64,000 bases of DNA from Macrostomum lignano (lineage: Eukaryota), in the NCBI GenBank assembly GCA_002269645.1, contig NIVC01003945.1, positions 1 to 64,000 of the forward strand. Direction: 5' to 3'. This document shows, piece after piece, positions 1 to 27,712 of the stretch. A program made the translations under genes and the position numbers. Numbering within the stretch: position 1 is the first letter of the stretch; each line of letters opens with the position of its first letter. The notes beneath the pieces are model-generated. The model saw only the letters and a list, made by a program, of their open reading frames with translations, ran no database searches and was not told the DNA's origin.

Positions 1-311
1 ATTGCTAAAGCAATGAAAGAAATATACGAATTTTCATTAGTTTTGTTTGCACTTGGTAGAAAAATTCCACCCACAGAAGATTTAATGTAATCAATTTTTT
101 CGAAAAAAAACTAACTTTTAGATATTCGAAACACAGAGAACTAATACGAGTAGCATACGATAATTCCACACCCTAATTTTTTCATGTAAAATGAATGGGT
201 TGTTTACCGGCACTCTTATCGTACACATGTGCAAATTCACGAGCAATATATTTTTAAAAGCAAATTTAACCTCCACCAAAACACGAATTCCATCACCACC
301 ATGAGCCAGCA

Positions 312-770
312 TCAGACGTTGGTGCTGCCCATACTACCAACTCCCGAACAGCCAGCGGTTCCGGCTGCCGGTGCCACACTGCGCGGGCAGTTGGCCCTCC
401 CTAGCCCAACCACCTCCACGTGGGGGGGGGGGCGTGTATAACGCTCCAGAACCAGCTGGGCCACATGTGTCGCGCACGGCAGACGGATCTTCTCATCCGG
501 CGTGTTGTACAGGATCACGTGGAGCTCCCCGTATAGTCCGGGTCCACCACACCACCCTGCACAGTCAGGCCCCGATTGGCCCAACTTGAGCAGCTCGCGA
601 TCCATAGGTGCCTGGCGGCAGGATAACGCAAAGGCCTGTGCGTATATGATGGCAGTATCACAGCCCTCCACGGTCCAATTTTCACTGGTAGCCAAATCGT
701 ACGTCACTGATCCTGCCCCGTGAGCCGCCGCGGCATCGCAGCGCGCATGATCCACTAGCACGATGCTCAA
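312..770 (-). pseudogene. dut: dUTPase pseudogene (Polinton-associated)
   Basis: ORF frame has YDL near the N-terminus, GELHVILYN, VAQLVLER and a C-terminal GSMGST. Other minus frames give ILPPGTYG and IASCSSWANRGLTVQGGVVDPDYTG (motifs 2 and 3), so the gene is frameshifted. Confidence 0.85.
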
Positions 771-999
771 CGGGACTGTCGATCAGGCTCTGGGTGTAGT
801 ACTCATCGCGGCTGAGGGTTCATAGTTCATTGGATTCTTATCATCTTCTAAAATGACTCTACTACTACCCTCATAATCCTCGCCCCAACAAAAAAGCTAA
901 GCCTAGTACTAACCCCCAGTATCATCCTAGAAAACAAAAAATACATCGAGAAAGATATATTGCGAGCAAAAACATAAACAGACAAACAATAGAGAACAA

Positions 1000-3500
1000 T
1001 TGAAGTCAACCGCCAATGACCAAATAAGAGATATGAGTAGGGATCAACCCAGGCTTGCTTCGTGTCGAAAAAGCTAAGCGCTTGCTTGAGCTGCTCAAAA
1101 AGATCTTCTGTCGCCGCGAGGTAATCGTCCGCATCGTTACTGCATGCTCCAACACTCGATCCTTCCACACATTCAAAATACGTTGCGCTTCATACCTCTA
1201 ACAATCGACTTCGACACGCCCATGCACCGCAAATCTGACAGAGGGTTTTCCTTTGCATACATGTACACCATTGAATAGTTTTTCGGCCTTAGAAATGCAA
1301 ACTCCAACGGTGTACAACATGAAACTTCATCTTTTTAAACCATTAACTTCCCTTTCTACTTTTTTGTATAAACCGGATGAGAAGGTGGATAAATACTAAT
1401 GTCTAATACACCGCACTCCACCAAATCTTTACAAATCTTTACAAACAACTTATCCCGGGGACTCGTCTCCGGGTAGGCTATAATCAATGCCAAGATAAAA
1501 AAATCCGTATATCTATCAAGCACGCGGGCAGAAGCAAGTGACTGATGACATTGAATCCTTGAATAGAAAAACTCGTAGACAAATGTCTTCGCAAGGTCCA
1601 GAATAGCGCTACTAATCAGAATTGGCTTGTTTAGCAATACTCAACGAGGAGTCCAACTCACGCCCACCAGACGGTTTGTGTACAAAATCACGTCCATAAA
1701 TTCCTCTTTAGCGACGTACGTTTCTAACTTTTCGGCACTAGTACACATGCAATAGCTCAGCCTGTCTCGAACCCGCTGCAGAAACTTGCCGTGCACCGCA
1801 TTGTTTAATATTTAAAAAAATCTAGATCGAAATCGCTGGTCGCCTCAGACCGCCGACGAATATTATGTTCAATGTATTCCTGTAAAATAGGACCTTCTAC
1901 AAATTCGAGAACACGATTTACACGCGTCACACGCATGCCTAACTCGAGGTAAATACGCAATGCTCAATTATGTACAATGTACCCCTCTTTGTGTGTCACA
2001 GAGCCGATTAGCTTCCCTGTCGGAGAAGCTAATCGTTTTACGTCCTTGTATACCTCCGCATTCCTCCTTCTTGGATTAAGCTGACATTGTAGACAAACCC
2101 AATCCTGCTTCATATGCTTAGTTAGGTAAGCACTATCAGTTCTCTCATGGCCAATAGCCAGAGGTAGATCGGCAGCAGAGTCGTGCAAAAACTTCGGGTA
2201 GTACATATCGACATTCAGTAACGACCCTCGTCCATTCGCGCAATAGCTAGACAGCCAGTTCAAAAACTGACTCGACTTACTCGGATTTTCCAACTCCGCA
2301 ACATCATCAACTGGTAGATTTTCATGCACTCTACGAGGCAACCAACGATAGGCTTTATACGGCAGGGCCTGCACCATAAAACTGGAGTAAAAAGAATTAG
2401 CATTAAGGTAGGCCAAGTGAGTGCCATACGGTGCATTCTGTCACAGTCCTCTTAAATCCAGATCGTCGTCAAGGTCCAGCTGACGACGACATTCTTCTAC
2501 CATAGGATTGTTTGCCATAGTAAGATGTCGAGTGCCGAAACGAAACCCGCCTCGAATCGAAGCTTCAACCTCGGAGTACATACGAGCGTCTGAAAACAAC
2601 TCTATCGGCTCCTTCACCTTCAATAGACACGCAGCTAGACTATACATTGGCGATCCAAGAAAATGGCACACATCCAGACCGTATTCTCGTATTGCAGTCC
2701 GACGAAAACTCTCAAATGAATTGCATAGCAGTAGTGAATCCAACAGTAAATACGCGGTCACATAGCCACGCAAATTCTCACAATCAAACTCTTGCCAACT
2801 CTGCTAAGCGCGGGTGTAGTACATCTCAGAACACTCTTGCCGGGTCATTGAATCGTAAAACAAATCTCGCGGTGGCAGTTCAGTTACACTGTCCAACTTC
2901 TCATCAGAGTCCAAGTAACATTACGGAAACACTCCGTTGGAGTTTAGGAGTTTAGGAATGGAAGTTTAGGAATGGAAGGCTTGTAGTTTAGGAATGGAAC
3001 GGATCGGCCAGATCGTCCAGAGTGGATTCTGTTGGACCGGACTGCGCGCCCGCCGCCACGCCCGCCGCCGCCGCCGCCATCGCCCCGCCGCCCGCCCCCA
3101 CACGTCGTCTGTGCGTCTCTGGCGGCGACGACTGCTCGACTGTAGGTATTTTCGACGGAATATGGACAGCATGACGTCGACCTTGACAACGGTGAGGAAC
3201 TTCCAGTTACTACCGCGGGACTGGAAATTAGATAGTCCAGGGAGATGGCCTCCTCACCTGTACCTCGTACGTCTGCGTTGAGTGATGCGCTGGCCAGCTC
3301 GGGGTCGATGCGCAGGTATTTGAGGGTTGTGCATGTTCACGCTGGTGAAGGGCACCCCAGTCGCTTCGAGGACAAGTAGTTGACGCTGAGAGATCGCCGA
3401 TTCAGCATCAGAGAGTGAGCCTTGATGGTGTAGAACCTCTTGAAATGCTCGGGCAGAAACATAATATTCTCGTGGTGGTGCAATTTTTCGGTTGGGAATG
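1000..3500 (-). pseudogene. polB: Protein-primed family B DNA polymerase (Polinton/Maverick pPolB), multiply disrupted
   Basis: Ordered minus-strand motifs: NFQSRGSNW (~3200), NGVFP*CYLDS...LPPRDLFY (~2940-2850), YLLLDSLLLCNSFESFR..YGLD, EASIRGG, ANNPM, YLNANSFY..M.QALP, FFK[frameshift]NNAVHGK, LNKPI...ILDLAK, YTDFFI (degenerate YxDTDS), KDE..EF..LRPKNYS, KQALSFFDTK..FGHW. In-frame stops and frameshifts are present. Confidence 0.92.
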
Positions 3501-4149
3501 CAGTTAACCAACAACAAAAGCACAGAATATTCTGAGAGCTAGTAGTCTTTGCAGCTATTAAAACAATATTAAGGGAATCAAAAATATTGCACACAGTTCC
3601 ATTGATTGAGTCAGTACTAAGGACCGTGGTAGCTTGTGGGAATTTTTTCGCGTCGTAATAGATCCGACGATCGTTTGAGCGTTATAATACTGCATGAGGG
3701 TGGGAGAATTAGTTACACGCATTTTATGAAACCGAATTGCGTGCTCGTTGCTAGATTGAAAAAAACAGGGAGGGTTTGCACCCTAGATTGGAACACGGGT
3801 GGTGTTTTCCCATGGAGGTCCGTTTGTAGAAAAATATCGGGGAGGGACGTTTTATTAGTGTTCGGCGTGGAGTGGTTGGTTCACAGCGTGGCGTTATCCA
3901 AATATACTAAATCCATATGCTATGTGCCGATAACAGAAATGTTGCAACCACCCCACATATTTTGAATTTCGTATCAAGGGGAGAGGCCATTGAGTTCGAG
4001 GGGAAAACTTGTGCTTCTCGCTTGCTCGATAGCTTATGCATGACATTGGCCCATGCCCAGGACAGTGCGTGACTGGAGCATTGGAAATTGCAGCCGGACT
4101 ATTTTGAGGAGCTTTCACGCAGTTTTGCCTTTATTGAATACGGGAGCGA

Positions 4150-4990
4150 ACGGCTGCGGCGAGTGGCGCGCCATATGTTGCCTGGTAAGTAGTTTTTTAC
4201 CTACTCTATCTCTGTATTGTACCATATTTTAGCAATAGAGTACTAGAGCATCATATGGCAACTTCAGTAAACAATAGACGAGACGTCCGTCCGGTCGGAG
4301 CGATTCCGTCGACTATGCAGGGGCGATACGATCCTAACTATGGTAACAATGGGCGCGAATGTTAGTGCTCCTACGACATTGGTATGTAAAAGACATTCTC
4401 CTACGACATTGGTATGCAAAAGACATTCTCCTACGACATTGGTATGTAAAATACATTCAGCGTTATAGTACGAGTACTTAGTGGTATTTTAACTTAATAT
4501 ACTACTTATCTAATGGTAGGATTACATCAGCGCAAGGATGGCCTTGGACGAGTTAAGAGGGAAGCGGCCCGAGATTCGGAATCGTGAAGCGGGTTATGAG
4601 ATAAGATACTTTTTAGTTAGTAGTCACTAATCTATTATTTAACGGGTGTATTGTGCCTTTTAGCAACTGTCCATGGATGACAGGCTATGGTGCTACAAAA
4701 TGAATGGGCCTCCAAAGTTGTCGCACGAACGCATGACTCGCTGCCGGAAGTAGAGGCCCGTCGAAGGGAGGTAAGACAAAATATTCATGCTTTTCTTGTC
4801 GCAGAATGCACTAATTAATCATGGAAGCCCGATTCTCCTTTTAGGCCCAGGCTGCATGGGTGAGTGAGGAGGTACTTTTTTGTGAGGGTAAAATTTATGC
4901 TGTCTGTATGAAAATTAAATTATTTGTCTGATCTTTCTTGAAATCTTAGGAGCGCGAGAGGCTGTTGTTCGCGGGATTTGTAACGAGGTG
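4150..4990 (+). pseudogene. Degenerate multi-exon gene with short AT-rich introns, product unknown
   Basis: Candidate GT..AG introns at 4185-4232, 4593-4663, 4771-4844 and 4872-4949 separate GC-richer blocks (DYISARMALDELRGKRPEIRNREA; EWASKVVARTHDSLPEVEARRRE; ERERLLFAGFVTR). The frame is not continuous. Confidence 0.35.
4369..4458 (+). repeat. 30-bp tandem repeat x3
   Basis: ctcctacgacattggtatgtaaaagacatt repeated three times. Confidence 0.9.
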
Positions 4991-5940
4991 CTGATACAGC
5001 GTTAATATATTTAGTGTGAAACAAGTCTATTAATGTAGACCAGCTTTACTATATGCTGCCACACATTCCAGGCTGCGGGTGTTCCGTCCGGCGATCGGAA
5101 TCCGGTACAGCCTATGACGGTCAGTGATACTTGCAAAATTAAGAAAATAAAGGCTAAAATCTTATTTGAAATTCGTGTTACAACAAAAGTTATTAATGCA
5201 ACCAATTTCAAATTCCGTGTCCGCCATTCGGTCGCGGAAATCCTCGCGGATAGTGATAGATACATTTCATAATCCTTGGTTTCAGGATGCGGGCCTGTCC
5301 AAGCCATTCCGCTCGAGGGGTTGAGTAGTCTTGAGCATACCTTTTGTTGGTACATTGCGGGCAAAGTTAGAGGAGGCTACTACTTTGGGGCAGGTTCGTT
5401 ACAGACTGAGGTCTATCTATATACTTGTAAATACATGATTGTGTGTAACTTTGGTTTAGTGCAGGGTTGTTCGTATGTGCTTGTTTATTCTTTTAGTTTT
5501 GTGTGCAGTATAATCCTTAATCCGTTAGTTCCGAGTCGTTTGTTCATTGCAATGGTTTGCTAGCGGGGGACTGTGTCTCATTATCGGAAAATGACTCGTT
5601 TGTTAAGGAATGGAGAGGAGACGGTGATACATTCGGGATTTGAGTTTGCGGTGGTGTGGTTTTTTCTGCGGTATGTTTGACAGCTTAATTGTATGGGTAT
5701 ACGTGTAACTATGCTATAAATTCCCTCTCATATCGACTTTCCAAGGATCGAAATGCAAGTAACTTGCTTAGGGACTACGATGCCAGCTGGCCGGGAGGGA
5801 GGGGGAGGGCGGCAGACCGCAGGCGGAACCGCGGTGACTACGTTCGCTGTGCCAACTCCTGTCGGCCCACGGGGGGCGCTCAGGGGTATTTCTAGTATGA
5901 CTTAATCAAGTGTTTAGCTTTTATTTTTACTTATTGTATT

Positions 5941-6135
5941 ACGGTAAATTTTATTAGTGAATTCTATTTGTGTTTGCTCACTCGTTGTTGTTGTGACTTT
6001 TTTCGCCGTCTACTTTTCTACATGTTAACATAGTACGGTAAATTTATTAATGAATGCTTTTTATATAATGAATTTGGTTACTTCGTTGTTTTGTCTTCTT
6101 TCGCCGTCTACTTTTTGCATGTTACCATCTACTGT
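5941..6135 (+). repeat. ~94-bp diverged tandem duplication
   Basis: acggtaaattt at 5941 and 6035; tttcgccgtctactttt..catgtta occurs twice. Confidence 0.75.
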
Positions 6136-6741
6136 AAACTTGCTTGCGCGCTATTATTTCTACGTGTAAAAATACATGTACAGTACATTGGCCTAGCCGT
6201 ATTCGTTATTAAAATGTGCGGAGCTATGAGTTATGCCTCAATTATTCTACATGTACTGGGGGGGGGGTAAATGGCGCGATAACGGAGAATTGAGCTTTAA
6301 GTTAAATATTAATTTACTGGAAGTGGCATAAGCTGCATACGGCATACGCACCTCCTGCCACCCGACCTGACGAGGCTCAAGAATTATTTGAGCAGCTCTC
6401 GGTACAGGTGAAGGTAACGGCGCAGCGCGACACAGCGATAATCCTCGTAGACCCGAATGCGGTTTTGCATAGGTCCGAGCGGTCGCAAAGTGCAGGCTCG
6501 CAACTTTTTTGGGTTGCAAGCGCAGGCGGCGGAACGCGCGTGGCCGGAACGCAACACGGAGGCAGGCACTTTTTTTATTAGAGGCAGGGGGTTGTGTGCA
6601 CCCTGGCGCACTTTAAGCGACATGGGCGCACAATCGGCGAGAGGCATTGCTGCCCATTCCGCCGACTCCCCTGAGCAGGCACACAAGCGCGCGGATACGT
6701 ACGCAGGCACACACACACAGGAGTGTACAGCGGCCCTAACT

Positions 6742-6926
6742 TTATATTATCGTTAGGCATGTACACTTCACTGCGCCTTGGGGGGTTGACTCTCAAGGCC
6801 GTTAATTGCACGAGCAGAGCCAAGCCGAGATTCCAATTCAGCCCCAAATTGATGTGACTGCACTTGGAATCGAGCCTGGGTCGCTGGCACACCAGAGCCT
6901 GCGCTAGACCGCTGGGCTACGGCCCC
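6742..6926 (-). mobile_element. tRNA-derived SINE, copy 1
   Basis: Minus strand starts GGGGCCGTAGCCCAGCGGTCTAGCGC (A-box like) and has GGCTCGATTCC (B-box like). The body aligns by eye to 56168-56350. Confidence 0.8.
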
Positions 6927-7000
6927 CTTAGGGGGCAGGCACAGCTCGATCATGTGCTGGTGCGCTTCTGCGAGCGCCGCCACGTCGTCAATTGCCGCGC

Positions 7001-7363
7001 CCTATGGATTGCTAGTCTAGCGTATGGATTGCTAGTCTAGCCTATGGATTGCTAGTCTAGCCTATGGATTGCTAGTCTAGCCTATTGGATTGCTAGTCTA
7101 GCCTATGGATTGCTAGTCTAGCCTATGGATTGCTAGTCTAGCCTATGGATTGCTAGTCTAGCCTATGGATTGCTAGTCTGGTGGACACCAGTAATGGAAC
7201 GGAATGGATCGCTAATCGAGTCACTAGAAGTGATCAAACGAAGCCATGTGCCAGTGGCTCACCGTGGCGCAACTTGAAGAGCATCAAGAGAAACAGGCCG
7301 CAGCAGACAACTCGCCACTCGTGACTCCCTCTGCAAGCCATGCTGTGAGTTCGAACAAGAAAG
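7001..7363 (-). repeat. Inverted duplicate of cadherin exon 1 plus the start of intron 1 (includes ~9 units of the 20-bp satellite)
   Basis: 7180-7363 is the reverse complement of 9797-9980 with few substitutions. 7001-7180 is the 20-bp satellite in opposite orientation. ATG at 7341 and donor GT at 7262-7261 are retained. Confidence 0.93.
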
Positions 7364-7635
7364 TGCCGCGCTCTTCGGTCCCATCATCGACTCCTCGTCT
7401 GCGACCTTCGTCTTCGCGATCCGCTCTACCGTCCGCGGAAGCAGCCACCGCGGCGCTACTGCCGCGCGCTCAGGGACGCTAACGCGCACAGCCGCTTTGC
7501 TAGCGCTTTCAGCACTGCGCCCGGCGGCAAGCGTGGAGGTGTTGCATAATATTGATCAGTGTGATGCGACAAGTAACAAGCTGAATAGTGACAAGCTGCA
7601 AGTGTATGTGATTTTCGTTGCACACACGCACTTAC

Positions 7636-7943
7636 AGTTCACTGTGGATTTTTGAACTCCATGCGAATCACCAATAGCCGAAAAAGTTGCTCCAGTAGCA
7701 AGATAGCGTAGAGCGACACTAATCTGCTGCTATGGACTCAGAGCAAAATTGCACCCAGTCGGGTGCTGCAGACGCTTGCCAATCAGATGACACAGTTCGT
7801 CGACATGTTCCTCTCGCAACCGAAACCTCGATTGATGATCATTGTAGTCAATATCAAATTCGAAATCTATACTTTCGTTGAATGTTCGGGGACGCTTAAT
7901 TGGCTCCTCCGACGGAATCTTCGGAATCTGACTCGTAGAACAT
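7636..7943 (-). mobile_element. PIF/Harbinger (HARBI1-like) transposase N-terminal relic
   Basis: Minus translation RFRLREEHVDELCHLIGKRLQHPTGCNFALSP*QQISVALRYLATGATFSAIGDSHGVQKSTV matches the Harbinger ALRxLATG helix-turn-helix region. One stop and a probable frameshift lie near the start. Confidence 0.8.
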
Positions 7944-8091
7944 TTTCGCTCAATGGATGTGATATGCTTTTCAACCGATTACAGGCTTGAATAGCTCGTG
8001 GTTCACTACTCAAATTGTCACTCTCGAATTTACTATGACACTAGTCAACATTAGATTCTATGCAACAAACCGCTTGTAGCGCGACTAGTCA

Positions 8092-8385
8092 CTATTCACT
8101 TGTAGCTTGTCGCCTACTTGTAACTAGTCAAGTCTCTATGCAACACAAGTCACCATTCACTATTCACTTGTAGCTTGTCGCCTACTTGTAACTAGTCAAG
8201 TCTCTATGCAACACAAGTCACCATTCACTATTCACTTGTAGCTTGTCGCCTACTTGTAACTAGTCAAGTCTCTATGCAACACAAGTCACCATTCACTATT
8301 CACTTGTAGCTTGTCGCCTACTTGTAACTAGTCAAGTCTCTATGCAACACAAGTCACAAGTCACTATTCACTTGTAACTTGTAAA
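8092..8385 (+). repeat. 68-bp tandem repeat x~4.3
   Basis: tgtagcttgtcgcc at 8101, 8169, 8237 and 8305. Confidence 0.95.
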
Positions 8386-9818
8386 ATACCATTTATCTTA
8401 AGTTATGTGTTATACGCATTATACGTTATGGAAGACTTCAGCCGTCATGAATTCTCTGGAAAATTGAAGCCCAGCTATATTGCAAATATATACATGTACG
8501 CTCGTAAATCAAAACTTTAAATACACACCTATAAATATTTCTAAACAAAAAGGACTTTTGAAATTTGCTAAGCAACTGTGACCAGCTCTTTAGTTCATCG
8601 GTTTCCAAACTTGAAACTTTCGGCCAGCTGAAAATTCCAGTTAAGTTTGCTGTAGGCATTCGCCGAATATGGCAATTTATGACGCATCACCGTCTTCAGT
8701 TCTTTTCTTCGCAGATCAGCAGTTTTACGCCCGTAACATCATTACAAGTAAATTTTTGAAAATTCAGCACAAAGCATTCTCTGCCTTTCTCTCGCACTAG
8801 CTGGGAGCTTCGTCACTTTCCACTGCGTACGAGTTGTGCAGGGATGCGGTCTTGAAAAGTACATTGGGAAAATACACCAGAATTGGAGAAATTCTAGCCA
8901 TGCAGGGAATTGGGAGAACAGATCCTACTGGGACTCCATCAGTGGGGTGCGCAGCCCGAAAGCCAGTCGCAATTTTTGTTGCCAGGGGCGCGGATGCGAC
9001 CCGTGCGCAGACGGCGCCAACGGGGGCCGTTTTTTTTGCATTGGAAAATGCAGCTCCAAGTCAACTATAAAGGGATTTTTGCAATGGGAGAATGGGAAGA
9101 GGAAAAAATTAGCAACTCCCACTCAAAGCCCCGCAAAGGCGGGGAGGAGGCTCCTGGCGGTCCCCAGGGCACTCATATTTCTTCTGCATTTCCTGCGCCG
9201 CCCGCCGCCACAAAGTCCTCCATCGGAGGCCGGGCCCGCCCATGCAGTGTGCCAGGGGCTGGCACTGAATCTCAGCCAATCGTTGGCTCACCTGGTTGCT
9301 CATAAACCCCCCCCCCCGGCTTTATTGGCAGATTTTCTCTGTTTCTACATGAATGATTTGCATTTGCTGACGCATCCTCTGGGCCAGTTTAGAGTGAAGA
9401 AACGAGTGCAGCAATTCTCTCCCCCCTCTATCTGGTTTCTCTTCTTCTTCAGCCATAAGTTTTCCCGTTTTTCCTGTTAAGCGGCTCTCACACCTCCACC
9501 AATAGCGCCAGCATTTCCCCAACTGCCCATGCCTACTCATAACGGGATCGTAGTGAGTGTGTCTGTGCGCTGAGCAGGGAGCCCTGAGTTGCCCCCAGCA
9601 ACCGCTTTGATGATGGCAGACCGGTAGGGGGGGGGCGAATCCGGTGCTGCGCGCGCTGCGGGAACAAAATGCATGCTAAAATTGACCGGCAACATGACTT
9701 TCGACAACAATAGGAGGGAGAGCTTGGGCAAAGCTGATCCGCTACGGTTCCGTGAGAGTCAGGTGCTCAGGCTTCACCTTCACCTTCTGGCCAGCTCTTT
9801 CTTGTTCGAACTCACAGC

Positions 9819-26250
<16,432 letters not shown>

Positions 26251-26854
26251 ATCTCCAACCGAAAAGGATGTCTGCGCATTGCTGATTTAATCAAGGATGG
26301 GGCGCGGCTGCGACTGCTTTTTTCCTTCCTGCTTTTGGATCTTCCTAAATAAGACATTATATTGTAGAAAACACTTGTCAGAGTTTAATAATATTTTTTC
26401 AGTCATTTACTTTGGATTGATGAAAGTCTTATTAGATTACAAGGATAGACAACAGATGAGTTCAAGCTCTTTCTTCTCCTCCCTGTTTTTAAGGTGTCAT
26501 ATTGCTGCGCTGTTCTGATTCCCATATCTGCTGGCGGGACAAAATTCCCATCTCGCTGCGCTCCCAGCATTCAAAAGCATGGCGCTCGAGCTGTCTCCCA
26601 AATACCGTGTGTATTTTTTCAATCTGAGGAAATTAAATAGCTTAATCCGCTTTTCCTGTTTGAAGTGCCTGAAAGAATCCCGCTGTCCCTATAATATAGG
26701 GCACCGCACATGTATTGTAAAATACATGTATATACGGACAGAATCTTCGTACAGCGCTTCTCTGTGGTAGACTAATGTTTCTGTTCGAAAAAAAGTGTGA
26801 ATTTGACAGTACATTGACAACGGATAGGACAAGAAAAGGCCAGGGGATAAGACA

Positions 26855-27712
26855 AGATGGACAGTGGACAGAAAAATGCACAGACAGTGTACAGGACAGT
26901 GGACAGGACAGGATACAGTGGACAGGACATGATACAGTGGACAGGACAAGATACAGTGGACAGGACAAGATACAGTGGACAGGACAAGACACAGTGGACA
27001 GGACAAGACACAATGGACAGGACAAGACACAGTGGACAGGACAAGACACAGTGGACAGGACAAGACACAGTGGACAGGACAAGACACAGTGGACAGGACA
27101 AGACACAGTGGACAGGACAAGACACAGTGGACAGGACAAGACACAGTGGACAGGACAAGACACAGTGGACAGGACAAGACACAGTGGACAGGACAAGACA
27201 CAGTGGACAGGACAAGACACAGTGGACAGGACAAGACACAGACAGGAAACAGGATAAGACACAGTGGACAGGACAAGACACAGTGGACAGGACAAGACAC
27301 AGACAGGAAACAGGACAAGACACAGTGGGCAGGACAAGACACAGTGGACAGGACAAGACACAGTGGACAGGACAAGACACAGTGGACAGGACAAGACACA
27401 GACAGGAAACAGGAAAAGACACAGACAGGAAAAAGGACAAGACACAGTGGACAGGACAAGACACAGACAGGAAACAGGACAAGACACAGTGGACAGGACA
27501 AGACACAGTGGACAGGACAAGACACAGACAGGAAACAGGACAAGACACAGTGGACAGGACAAGACACAGACAGGAAACGGGACAAGACACAGTGGACAGG
27601 ACAAGACACAGACAGGAAACAGGACAAGACACAGACAGGAAACAGGACAAGACACAGTGGACAGGACAAGACACAGTGGACAGGACAAGACACAGACAGG
27701 AAACAGGACAAG
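26855..27712 (+). repeat. 19-bp minisatellite with gacaggaaac variants
   Basis: Unit gacaggacaagacacagtg. Confidence 0.97.

Noticed and set aside
118-312. Resemblance to the ribonucleotide reductase small-subunit C-terminus (LLV.L...NPF)
   Set aside because: Only a few scattered identities, no iron ligands and no upstream domain.
6870-6926. Functional tRNA gene
   Set aside because: A/B boxes are present but no complete cloverleaf, and the sequence continues into a shared non-tRNA body, indicating a SINE.
8836-9480. 214-aa ORF with a GRF-zinc-finger-like GANGGRFFC...GFLQW segment, and a possible Harbinger Myb-like partner on the minus strand
   Set aside because: The Cys spacing does not fit the GRF consensus, the start is GTG and the remainder is low-information; neither assignment can be supported by eye.
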